A DNA stretch of 64,000 bases from Promethearchaeati archaeon SRVP18_Atabeyarchaeia-1 (GTDB taxonomy: Archaea; Asgardarchaeota; Atabeyarchaeia; Atabeyarchaeales; Atabeyarchaeaceae), in assembly GCA_037308085.1 (NCBI GenBank), contig CP147779.1, forward strand, positions 1,152,001-1,216,000. The letters are read 5' to 3'. The translations under genes and the position numbers were made by a program. Position 1 is the first letter of the stretch, and the number at the start of each line of letters is the position of its first letter. The notes under the pieces were generated by a model that saw only the letters and a list, made by a program, of their open reading frames with translations, searched no databases and had not been told where the DNA came from. Below are positions 19,605 to 29,047 of the stretch, one piece after another.

Positions 19605-20831
19605 TTATCTCTGCGGTTGATAACCGTTTTGGTTAACTTCACCACTTCTGCTCACCGCCTTGTTTAAGGGTCGGATCACGGCTACACGTGCGGAGCGATC
19701 CAGCCTGAACCGCAGGCTTTCATCTTGGATTTTCAACAGGTTTAAGCAGGCGTTTACATGTCGGTCTATTCCACAGCATTCTAGGGTTTTCGCTTTCGGG
19801 TCTCGCGTCGCGCACCCACATACCGCGCAGGCCCTAGAAGTGTTCCAAGGGCTCACTTTGACGGATTTGACTCCCTCCCAGAGAGCCTTGTACTCGATGA
19901 AGCCTTGCGGCTTGCGGAAGCTCCACGAGTTCAGCCTCCGCTTCAGCCTCTTAGAACGTGTGCTCACCTTCTGAATTCTCCCGTTGAAACTGTTGACGCC
20001 TAGGGCTTTCCTGTTGATTGCTCTACGAATATGCGTGAGATCCTAGAGGATAATGCCTTGCTCCCTGGTTTTCGCTTGCCTGACTATCGCTGAACTCACC
20101 TAGTGCAGGACTGTGTTGACCTTGTTGTCTTGGCTGGTGAACCATTTTCTCTGAATCTTCTTCGTTACCCGTCTATCCTTCGCGTGCTTAGCTTGTGTCC
20201 TCCGCACTCGCTCAAAGTATCCGTGCCTAGCCTCTGAAACCCTTGACAAGTCGTGGCTTTCGAAGGTTAGTTCTCCATCTTCTCTAACGCTGGCTCCATC
20301 TATCGCGCGTTCATTCGTGTCGTACGCCACGTAGCTAGTGGGTTCGGCAACTTCAACGGTCTTCGAGAAAACCACTGAAACCGTGCAGGCAGTTAAGCTC
20401 ACTGAGCCTAGCTTGAGCGCGGCATCCGACAGGAAGTGTGTCGCCCTCTTGTGCAGGGGGACGCAGAAGTACTCTCTTGGCTTAATTGGGATTCTCAGTT
20501 TGCCGTCGACAACCTTGTAGGCTTGGTTTCCGAGTTTAGCCGTGAGCTTCGTGGCCCTTGGCGTTCGAACATTCCGGCGCCTTCTTTTCGCTTTCCGGTA
20601 GTTCTTCAAGATGGCGGTGGCAGCCTCGATGGCTGAGAGGCTGTACCAGGTATGGAGACCGAAACCGCTCAGCTGGTGGTACGTCTCGCTCTGCAGCCTG
20701 AACCTGGAAGTTGCATTCCTCTCCAGGCCGACGCGGATGCAGTGATTAACCATGGTTCTGAAGGTTTCAAGGAGGCTGAGAACACCGCTCGCAGACTGGT
20801 ATGGTATCACCACCGCTTTAACTGCATGCAC
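19605..20831 (-). pseudogene. tnpB: tnpB pseudogene
   Basis: the two track ORFs are in one frame, interrupted by TAG at 20100-20102 and at 20043-20045 (the latter replaces the RuvC-II Glu, GIIL*DL); RuvC-I AYDTN; RuvC-III DRH. Confidence 0.85.
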
Positions 20832-20873
20832 AAAGAATTACAAACTAAAACGCTTATTTAAACTCACCAACCG
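19624..20873 (-). mobile_element. tnpB-only element B with CGG-bounded ends
   Basis: minus-strand LE TTCGGTTGGTGAGTTTAAATAAG and RE CCAAAACGG; ends match element C. Confidence 0.7.
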
Positions 20874-21044
20874 AAGAGGTAGCAGAGCCTCTGCTAATAA
20901 ATAATATGATAGCAATTGTCTTTTGTAAACTGAATTCGGGCTGGCGGCGGTGGGCTGGCCCAGAAGGCAACCGTACAGTGTGCAAATCCAAGAGAATCGT
21001 GGGCGAAGATATTGGGGCAGGAAATCTCTATCGGATCAGCTAAG

Positions 21045-21497
21045 ATGAAGCAGGAAAGGGTCGAAATCCGCAATCTTGCTGCAATAGCAGGTGCCGAAGA
21101 GGACGAGATCGATGATATGATTGAAGGCGATAGAGTCTTTGTTGCCAGAAAGAAAAGAATAATCGTTGGCTTCATATCGGTGAGATACAGAACCGAAGAG
21201 AAGTGTTTCGAGATTAGTGGTCTAGCAGTGGATGAAAGGGAAAGAAGAAGAGGGCTTGCCACTCTGCTGCTGAAACATGCCGAAGGATTTGCCCGCGACA
21301 AAACGGTCGATAAGCTGACTACAAAAACCAACAATGATAACATACCCGCATTGGCACTCTATCAGAAAGCTGGGTTCAAAATAACAGAAGTCAGGATAGG
21401 AGCACTGATCGCGCATCACAAGGGAAAAGAGATCCAAGGATGGAGCAAGATACCCGTAAGAGACGAAATAGTATTAGAGAAGAACTTGTCTAACTAA
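21045..21497 (+). CDS. GNAT family N-acetyltransferase
   Basis: LAVDERERRRGLATLLL, TNNDNIPALALYQKAGF. Confidence 0.9.
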   Translation: MKQERVEIRNLAAIAGAEEDEIDDMIEGDRVFVARKKRIIVGFISVRYRTEEKCFEISGLAVDERERRRGLATLLLKHAEGFARDKTVDKLTTKTNNDNIPALALYQKAGFKITEVRIGALIAHHKGKEIQGWSKIPVRDEIVLEKNLSN

Positions 21498-21550
21498 TGA
21501 ACATGAATCCAGGACGAATGCCGTAACTCAAAGATGGAGAGTATCAAGAA

Positions 21551-22345
21551 ATGCCACAGATCGAGATTAACGGAGCAAAGCTCCATTACGAAGAACGCGG
21601 CAAAGGTGACCCCATAGTCATGGTGCACGGATTGGGCGGATCGATTTTTGACTGGGTAATGCAAATTCCATTTTTCTCGAAGGCGTACCGCGCCATTGCA
21701 GTGGAAATGCGTGACCATGGAAAGTCAGGGAAATGGAAAGGTTCCTACGACATAAAGATGTTCTCTGATGATGTAGCCGGCTTCATCCAGAAGCTAGAAT
21801 TGGGCAAGACGATCCTCTTCGGCGTATCAATGGGAGGAATGATAACCATGCAACTAGAGCTGGATCACCCAGATCTGGTGAAAGCGCTGGTTCTGGCTGA
21901 CACGCAATACGGTCTCACCGAGGAGACGATCAAGGCAGGACTGGAAATGGCATCAATGAGTCAGAAGATGAGTGGCAAAGAATTGGCCATGGCAACAATG
22001 AAGTTCAATTTCAGCCCCGAGTTCATTCGAAGCCACCCAGAGATAGTCGAGGAAGCAATAAAGGTTTCAGATGCCCGAGATCCATCATCTACCTTTCGCG
22101 GCGCACAAGGATTAGCCAGTTTCAACGTAAAGAATAGGCTCAAGGAGATTAGAACCCCAACTCTCATTGCCAATGGCGAGGACGACCCTGTAGTGCCAGT
22201 CAGCATGGCAAAGTACTTGAAGGAAAACATCAGAGGCGCGAAACTGGTTATTCTCAGAAAAGGAAGGCACATGGCAATCATAGAAAAGGCAAGTGAATTC
22301 AATGACGCCGCAATCGATTTCCTAAAAGGAATAGAGAAGCGTTAG
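21551..22345 (+). CDS. alpha/beta hydrolase
   Basis: HGLGG, GVSMGG nucleophile elbow, GEDDP, C-terminal His. Confidence 0.9.
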   Translation: MPQIEINGAKLHYEERGKGDPIVMVHGLGGSIFDWVMQIPFFSKAYRAIAVEMRDHGKSGKWKGSYDIKMFSDDVAGFIQKLELGKTILFGVSMGGMITMQLELDHPDLVKALVLADTQYGLTEETIKAGLEMASMSQKMSGKELAMATMKFNFSPEFIRSHPEIVEEAIKVSDARDPSSTFRGAQGLASFNVKNRLKEIRTPTLIANGEDDPVVPVSMAKYLKENIRGAKLVILRKGRHMAIIEKASEFNDAAIDFLKGIEKR

Positions 22346-22491
22346 ACGTTAATTCTCTATTCTCTTGGAACTCAAAAGCACTCAATGAACTGACCTTTAC
22401 CCCCAACCCCGACTCTAGGATCCCAGCCAAAGTCTGACTTACGACTCCTGAATATCAATGCCAAACCACACCGAAGATCCCGAGTCTAACT

Positions 22492-22722
22492 GTGAGCTAC
22501 CAGCCCCTCAAAGGGTGTTGGCTTCCTGGTTCATGGACCGGGCTTGCCTTGGCGCGTGGGGCACCGTTGACGTACCTAATAGGCGCTGGGGTAGCGGCTT
22601 CGATCTCCGCAGGCGTAGATTCGGCACGCACCGTACCTATTGCTGAGACAGATGTGTGTTTCCAGATTTAAACCCGCCATTCATCCCACCCCTAAAGGGC
22701 GTGGGATTTCTGGCCCACGTTT
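22492..22722 (-). mobile_element. 231-bp non-autonomous IS200/IS605 element (LE + omegaRNA-like scaffold + RE), no ORF
   Basis: TTAC target (22723-22726) then LE hairpin ATCCCACGCCCTTTAGGGGTGGGAT; RE CATGAACCAGGAAGCCAACACCCTTTGAGGGGCTGGTAGCTCAC; internal GAATCTACGCCTGCGGAGA resembles tnpB 3'-end reRNA. Confidence 0.8.
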
Positions 22723-22830
22723 GTAAACGCACTCTTCGATGCATACAAGCGTACTTAAAAAAGCGAAAATTGATAGTTGATTCGGCTGGCGTTCGAACTA
22801 GTTTGTTAATGGAGGTCGAGTGAGTCCCCT

Positions 22831-23724
22831 TCACTGCCGAGGGATCTTGAAGTACTCGTAGAATCCTCCCTTGCCCCCGATTTTCATTCTCGGGTTCCCA
22901 GTGAAGCCGGATTTAACAAGCTTCTTGAGTGTCAACGGAGGAGCATATCGCGGATCTCCTATCTCGTTGTACAGGTATTCGGATATGTGAAGAAGAGTGT
23001 CGAGGCCTATGAAATCCCCCAGCTCAATAGGGCCTAGTGGCCAGTTGAATGCCAGCTTACTCATTGCATCGATGCCTTGAATTCCAGCGACGCCCTGCTC
23101 GAAGAGCCTTATTGCCTCAAGAATCCAGCTTGCTATGTACCTTGTGGTGAAGAAACCTGGTGTGTCGTTTGCTGGGATTGGCGCTTTGTCAAGTCGCTTG
23201 CAGAAATCCAGCATGAGATCATAAGTCTCGTCGGATGTGACAGCCCCCCTTACGACTTCTATTAGCTTCATTACAGGCGCAGGATTGAAGAAATGCAGAC
23301 CGATTACTTTCTCGGGTCTGCTTGTTGCTGATGCGATGTCCGTTATCATTATCCCGGACGTGTTTGACGCGAGAATAGCCTGTGGGGGGCATAGTCCGTC
23401 GAGCTGTTTGAAGACTCTCTTCTTTAATTCCAAGTCTTCTGGGGTTGCTTCAATGACGAGGTCAGTATCCTTGGCAGCTTCTCTCATGTCAGTGGTGATC
23501 CTAATGTTTGAGACTGTCGCTTCAACCGCGTCCTTCGTTGTTTTGCCTTTCTCGAGAGCTCTGCTTAGACTTGCTTTGATCTTCTCAAGCCCTTTAGTGA
23601 CGAGTTCGTTGGTCAGATCAGTCATGTAAACCTTGTAGTTGCTCCTGGCACATACTTCCACAATACCTGATCCCATTATGCCTGCTCCTAAGACTGTGAT
23701 TTTCTTTATGTCTTCGAACCTCAT
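22831..23724 (-). CDS. 3-hydroxyacyl-CoA dehydrogenase
   Basis: GAGIMGSGI, SNTSGI, GLHFFNPAP, WPLGPIEL. Confidence 0.93.
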   Translation of the reverse strand: MRFEDIKKITVLGAGIMGSGIVEVCARSNYKVYMTDLTNELVTKGLEKIKASLSRALEKGKTTKDAVEATVSNIRITTDMREAAKDTDLVIEATPEDLELKKRVFKQLDGLCPPQAILASNTSGIMITDIASATSRPEKVIGLHFFNPAPVMKLIEVVRGAVTSDETYDLMLDFCKRLDKAPIPANDTPGFFTTRYIASWILEAIRLFEQGVAGIQGIDAMSKLAFNWPLGPIELGDFIGLDTLLHISEYLYNEIGDPRYAPPLTLKKLVKSGFTGNPRMKIGGKGGFYEYFKIPRQ

Positions 23725-23913
23725 CGATCATGTCAACCTCAAAAAGCAGAATATTCTTGATCTTGTTCTGAAGTAAAAAATGCGAAAAGGTCCTCCTGCC
23801 CTATGACGAATGGTTAAGGGCTTCTACTATTTAAGCAATGATACGAGCTCTATTTTTGGGCCTTGCCTGCACAGCCGGCGCGAATTTATGATAATGAATC
23901 TCGGAAAGATTGT

Positions 23914-24711
23914 TTAGCCCTCTTGGACCAGTGCCCGTATCCGGTTCGTGTCGATCTCCGACATTGTCTGACGGAACCATGCAGTTGCCTCAGAATACTT
24001 CTGTCGCAGATCGTTTTCATCTCTAACAAAGTACAAATGTTGAAGTCGATGAATCACTTCAGTCGGAAGTTCGTAGTGCACATACCGAGTCTTGAAGTCA
24101 AAGTGATACGGATTGTGCTTCATGCGTAGTGCTTCAAGCAATGATCCAAGAGTAAGATAATGATAGTTGTCTATCGCTTCAATTAGATTCCCCCTGTTTA
24201 TTTCCTTCATAACGAAATTGTTGAACATGTCCATCCTCCCTTCGAGCCTGCCTTTTCTCTCGAGTATTCTCTCACCTAATGCGTTCCTATCGGTGTGAGG
24301 AATCCTGATCTTGCCAGACTTATTGAAGTGGAACACCGCGTTGCCATGAATCTCTGGCTCTAGGAACCTCTCCCGGCCACTACGTTGCATTATGGCTAGG
24401 TCTACGAGCAAGTACTCGCTCGCCAGCTCCAGTTTGTAGAATGCTTGAGCGATGTTTGGCTCAGGGGGAACTGGCGGTTGATACTTCCGTTCTATTGGTG
24501 ACAATGATTTCAATGCCTTCTCGACGGCTAGAAATGCATCGTCGACTTTCTTGTCATCGACAACTAGGTAGAGATCGATGTCTGACCATTCATCAACTCG
24601 GTGGAAGGCTATCGCGCCAGCTTCCCAAAGAGCATCGACATATTCGAGCGGTTCCAAGTCCTCAACAAGCTTCTGAACGATGACCTCGCGCTTCAGGCTT
24701 CTACTGTTCAT
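23914..24711 (-). CDS. Pol-beta-superfamily nucleotidyltransferase domain protein
   Basis: WEAGAIAF..VDEWSDIDL (GS-like + DxD) with helical C-terminal domain. Confidence 0.75.
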   Translation of the reverse strand: MNSRSLKREVIVQKLVEDLEPLEYVDALWEAGAIAFHRVDEWSDIDLYLVVDDKKVDDAFLAVEKALKSLSPIERKYQPPVPPEPNIAQAFYKLELASEYLLVDLAIMQRSGRERFLEPEIHGNAVFHFNKSGKIRIPHTDRNALGERILERKGRLEGRMDMFNNFVMKEINRGNLIEAIDNYHYLTLGSLLEALRMKHNPYHFDFKTRYVHYELPTEVIHRLQHLYFVRDENDLRQKYSEATAWFRQTMSEIDTNRIRALVQEG

Positions 24712-24819
24712 GCCTCAATCGCCCCACCTGCAGAGATGCAAAAACTTCTAATGCAACCTCCAATTCCCAAAGAATATATGGCTTACAAATCAAGTATCTC
24801 GCAACAGTGAGACTAATAT

Positions 24820-26253
24820 CCGTTTCTAGAAATGTGGAATTTCGTGGAAGGCCGCATTTCTATTCGGTGCGTTGGCAGCATACTTGGTCCAGCCTGCTCT
24901 CCCGGCCTTCGGCTCTCCGGGAGTGTACAGGTATTCATTCCTCATATGCTGCCAAGAGGCGACCGCACTCACGGCAAACGGTTGACCGCAAAGGCGCAGA
25001 CCGCGCTGGAGTATCGCCAAGCTGGCGAGCCTGTCACGGTCGTAGTCCACGCCGCATTTCCCGCATCTGCTTATGACCCAAGCTGGGTGCTTCAACTTCC
25101 CACCGCAGACGGGACACTCAGATGACGTCCCCCTTGGGCTAACATACAAGGTCCTGCAACGACTCTTATACTCCACCATTCCTTGGAAGGCCGTGTAGGG
25201 CCAGCGGTTAAGGTGCATCCTCAGCTTCTTGCTCGTCCCACGTTTTTGCCCGTTTCTCCGTATACCTTTAAGGTCCTCGAAGACGAAGCTTGTGTCAGGG
25301 TTCTCCCGGACGATCTTGGTTGACAGCTTCTGCAGGGCGTCTGTGACCCTGCGCCTCTGCCTGCCCCTCGCCTCGCTGAGCTTCCTGGCTCTCTTCCCCG
25401 GGTTCCTGACGTGCAACTGGAGGCGCCTCCGCCTCCTCGAAAAGTCGTTCTGAACCCGGACTATCCCGCCAAGCGGCTCCGTGTGAGGTGGCTCAAGCTT
25501 GCCGCCGCTGACCGCAGTGTAGTCTACGCTTTGGAAGTTGAGGTCTGAGCCTGCTCGCCTCCTGCCGAGAGGTTTCCCGCCGCTGGCCCCGACCAGGAAT
25601 GTGACCGCCAGTTTCCTGTCGGTGAGCAGGATCTCGGAGACCCTCCCCGCGCTGCTGTACTCGCTCCACTTCTTGTGGCTCGGGGTGAACGTGATGTACT
25701 CGTAGGTGAAGGGCTTCAAGGTCACCCTGACGGTCACAGCTCCATCCGGGTTCGCCATGGCCCGGAAGAGTTCGGAGTCAATCCTCATGGCTAGCCTCCT
25801 GGCTCGTGGTAAGCCGAGCTTCTTGTTGCGCTTCCTGTACGCCCTGAGTAAAGCTACGGCGGTTCTGCAGACCGGGTTGATGTGGTGCCTGGCGTAGCCG
25901 CCATACGCTGAGTCGAACCAGGGCTTCACCTTCCTTCTCAGTAGGATTGGGTTGGGCACCAGGCCGCTGATATCGGCCAGGGCGTACGCGTGGGCTAGAG
26001 CCTCGTTCAGCGCGTTCCTCATGTCTTCGAGGTACTTGAGGATGGCGTGAGAGGGCTCGTACCTGACCGCGATGGTTCTCTTCTCGCCTTCTCCAGCCTT
26101 CCACCCATGGTGCTTCCCTTGATGCGCCAGCACCGGCGCGGCAGCTGCGCCAGTCTTAGCGCGGGCCCGAAGCAACTTTCGTGTTCCCCCAAGAGAGTGA
26201 AGCCGCTACACATCCGCTTATATCTAATTACACCTATTTATACAATCCATCCG
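24820..26253 (-). mobile_element. tnpB-only element C with CGG-bounded ends
   Basis: minus-strand LE TTCGGATGGATTGTATAAATAGG and RE CTAGAAACGG; GC-rich relative to flanks. Confidence 0.75.
24826..26175 (-). CDS. tnpB: TnpB with intact D-E-D triad
   Basis: GSDLN, FVFEDL, TSSECPVCG/CGKCG, YDRDRLASLAI; start uncertain. Confidence 0.88.
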   Translation of the reverse strand: MLRARAKTGAAAAPVLAHQGKHHGWKAGEGEKRTIAVRYEPSHAILKYLEDMRNALNEALAHAYALADISGLVPNPILLRRKVKPWFDSAYGGYARHHINPVCRTAVALLRAYRKRNKKLGLPRARRLAMRIDSELFRAMANPDGAVTVRVTLKPFTYEYITFTPSHKKWSEYSSAGRVSEILLTDRKLAVTFLVGASGGKPLGRRRAGSDLNFQSVDYTAVSGGKLEPPHTEPLGGIVRVQNDFSRRRRRLQLHVRNPGKRARKLSEARGRQRRRVTDALQKLSTKIVRENPDTSFVFEDLKGIRRNGQKRGTSKKLRMHLNRWPYTAFQGMVEYKSRCRTLYVSPRGTSSECPVCGGKLKHPAWVISRCGKCGVDYDRDRLASLAILQRGLRLCGQPFAVSAVASWQHMRNEYLYTPGEPKAGRAGWTKYAANAPNRNAAFHEIPHF

Positions 26254-26343
26254 AACTGTTCGTATCCCTTCCGCAGTCAGTACCAATCAAATAGGAGATA
26301 TAGAATCATCGCGAACAGGATATTAGAGACAGGAGTTGAGAAA

Positions 26344-27297
26344 ATGGTTTCTGAAGGAGCAAGAAAGGGGGAGAATAGGCTTGCTTCCCAGGAGGTTCTC
26401 TTCGAGAAGAAGAATATGGTCGCCAAGGTTACTATTAATCGCCCCAAGGTTTACAACGCGTATACCACGAACACCTTGAAGGAGCTTGCTCAAGCTTTTG
26501 ATGATGTCTCAGACGATGACTCGATCGGTGTGGCGATCCTGACGGGCGCTGGTCAAGCCTTTTGTACGGGCGGCGATGTGAAGGAGTACGCGGCGGTCTA
26601 CCAGAACGCGCCCCACCGCTACTGGAACTACATGGTTACCTTTGACAAGGCTGTCACCAGTATCAGGAACTGCAGGGTACCTGTCATTGCGAGAGTTAAT
26701 GGTATTACTGCCGGGGGTGGAAACGAGCTTCACCAAGCTTGCGATCTCTCTATAGCTTCTGAGGATGCCAAGTTTCTTCAGGTGGGAGTCAGAGTGGGGA
26801 GTGTGGCAGCAGGAGGAGCAACCCAGTGGCTTCCGATTCTCATCGGGGATAGAAGAGCTCGATGGATGCTGTATACCACGGATGAGGTTGACGCAGCAAC
26901 TGCTGAGCAGTGGGGGCTAGTCAACAAGGTCGTCCCAACAACCAAACTTGATGAAGCTGTGCAGGAGCTCTGCGACAAGATCCTCACAAAGTTCCCTGAG
27001 TGCCTACGATATACGAAGGTTCAGGTTAACTTCTGGAAGGATTTTGCATGGAACAGCACGATTCAGCACGCAAGAGATTGGCTTGCACTGCACATGGGGT
27101 CGGCTGAAGCAAACGAAGGAATGCGCGCATTTGTTGAGAAGAGGCCAGCAGACTACGCTGGCATTAGAGAGAAGCTCGCCAGAGGCGAAGCGCCAGAGTT
27201 GCCCTACGGGCAACCGACAAGAACATGTCCTAAGTGCGGGGCAAGGAACATCCCCCAGCGATTCAAGTTCTGTGGAATGTGCGGCAGCAAACTATGA
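26344..27297 (+). CDS. crotonase-fold ring-opening hydrolase, Oah/BamA-like, with C-terminal zinc ribbon
   Basis: FCTGGDVKEYA..Y....Y..YM, RVNG...GGG.E...ACD, GGAT.WLP, C-terminal CPKCG...FCGMCG; start at ATG 26344. Confidence 0.75.
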   Translation: MVSEGARKGENRLASQEVLFEKKNMVAKVTINRPKVYNAYTTNTLKELAQAFDDVSDDDSIGVAILTGAGQAFCTGGDVKEYAAVYQNAPHRYWNYMVTFDKAVTSIRNCRVPVIARVNGITAGGGNELHQACDLSIASEDAKFLQVGVRVGSVAAGGATQWLPILIGDRRARWMLYTTDEVDAATAEQWGLVNKVVPTTKLDEAVQELCDKILTKFPECLRYTKVQVNFWKDFAWNSTIQHARDWLALHMGSAEANEGMRAFVEKRPADYAGIREKLARGEAPELPYGQPTRTCPKCGARNIPQRFKFCGMCGSKL

Positions 27298-27548
27298 AAC
27301 CTCCATCAGCACACCCAACATCTTTTTCTCTTCCTATCAACTTCGTCGCGTCGAAATAACCCACGACCAAGCAGTGCGCGAAAAGCGAGGTTCCCTTCTA
27401 GACGAGTCTACCTTCGCGCGAATTTTCCCCAATTGACCAAAGGAATCTTATGATCGGTCATGTGAGCTTCGCTGGTCACTAGTATCGCGCGCGCCTGCGA
27501 TCAGAAAGTTTTAAAAGAATCGCGGACAGAGAAGATGAATGACCCGAG

Positions 27549-29012
27549 ATGTTTGCGAAGAAACTTAAGTGTATCTACTGCGGAGAAGAGTATGACATAC
27601 CGCGGGATGGGGAAGATCCGCGACTGGACAACAAGTTGATGTGTCCAAAGTGCGTGGGTATTCACAAGTGGATCTATGGGTCGCTAGATGTCGTGTACGA
27701 TTATGACGAGATCCGTGAACACGTGGATCTCAAGAAGCTTTTTGATTTTGATTTTCAGATAGACACGATGTGGGGCTTCAAGGATCTCCTCCCGATCAGG
27801 AGACAGGCCGTAAGCCTAGGTGAAGGGGATACACCTTTCTATACGTGCGAGAGGATTTGCCAGGAACTTGATGTGTCAAATCTCTACCTGAAACATGAAG
27901 GTGCCAACCCTACAGGGTCGTTCAAGGATAGGGAATCGGCAGTCTGTGTCTCACGCGGTCTCGAGATTGGAGCCAAGGGAGTCACGTGCATATCATCGGG
28001 GAATGCGGCAGGATCTCTGGCTGCATATGCCTCACGGGCCGGGCTGAAATGCCTTGTTTTCACGCCCAGTAGTGCTTCTCCTGAGAAGATGACTCAGATA
28101 GGGATATTCGATGCGGAGCTCATTGCAGTTGACGGTATCCTCGAGGACGTGTGGGAGCTCATAAACAGAGATCCCAATGGTGTGGAAGACGACCAACTTC
28201 TGAAGCTAGTTGGCATGACGTATAGATACTACTATGACTGCAACGCAGCCCTCAACCCCTACAGAGTCGAAGGGGATAAGACCGAAGCGTACGAGATCTA
28301 CAAAGGAATGAAGGACGTGCCGGACTGGGTTGTAGTTCCGACGGGGAACGGCAGTAACCTTGCTGGTATTTGGAAAGGATTCAAAGAGATGTATGTCCTG
28401 GGCATCATCGACCGGTTACCAAAACTCATCTGTGTTCAGGTCAAAGGCGGAGATCCGATCGCCAAGGCGTTTGAGCAGAAAAAGGATTACTCAATCAGAA
28501 TCGATAATCCGCCTGACTCGATAGCTGAAGGCATAGTTGCGAGGGATTGCTACGACGCGACAAAAGCCCTTCGCGCGCTCAAAGAATCCAATGGGATAAC
28601 TGTAGCCGTCGACGATCTTGAAGTCATCGAGTATATGGAGCTCCTCGCAGGAAAAGAGGGCGTGTTCGTGGAGCCGACATCCGCAACATCATTGGCTGCT
28701 GTAGGAAAGCTAAGGGAGACATACGCACTTGACAAGTCTGACCGCATAGTCTGTGTGCTTACTGGGTCAGGTCTCAAGGCGACTAAGGAAGTCATGGTTA
28801 AGTGTAAGAAAGAAGTCAAGCCAATTGACAAAGTCAAGAAGAATGATTACTCTACACTTATCAGAGACATAGCAAAAGTAGCCAAGAAGCAATTTCCATC
28901 ACTTCAGATCCCCCTGCCTAGCTCCATTGCACCTGAAGCAGCAACGAAACCTGCCAATGGATCTTCAAGTAGAAGCGGTGCAGCGAACAACTCATCAAAT
29001 CACAGGCAATAG
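27549..29012 (+). CDS. thrC: threonine synthase-like PLP enzyme
   Basis: SLGEGDTP, NPTGSFKDR (PLP Lys), SSGNAA, PTGNG, VEPTSA, LTGSGLK. Confidence 0.8.
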   Translation: MFAKKLKCIYCGEEYDIPRDGEDPRLDNKLMCPKCVGIHKWIYGSLDVVYDYDEIREHVDLKKLFDFDFQIDTMWGFKDLLPIRRQAVSLGEGDTPFYTCERICQELDVSNLYLKHEGANPTGSFKDRESAVCVSRGLEIGAKGVTCISSGNAAGSLAAYASRAGLKCLVFTPSSASPEKMTQIGIFDAELIAVDGILEDVWELINRDPNGVEDDQLLKLVGMTYRYYYDCNAALNPYRVEGDKTEAYEIYKGMKDVPDWVVVPTGNGSNLAGIWKGFKEMYVLGIIDRLPKLICVQVKGGDPIAKAFEQKKDYSIRIDNPPDSIAEGIVARDCYDATKALRALKESNGITVAVDDLEVIEYMELLAGKEGVFVEPTSATSLAAVGKLRETYALDKSDRIVCVLTGSGLKATKEVMVKCKKEVKPIDKVKKNDYSTLIRDIAKVAKKQFPSLQIPLPSSIAPEAATKPANGSSSRSGAANNSSNHRQ

Positions 29013-29047
29013 CAGTCTCCTCTTTCCTTTGGCCTCTCGATTCCCAA

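Noticed and set aside
26047-26343. Long N-terminal extension of the Oah-like ORF
   Set aside because: It overlaps the left end of tnpB element C; the real start is likely at or near ATG 26344.
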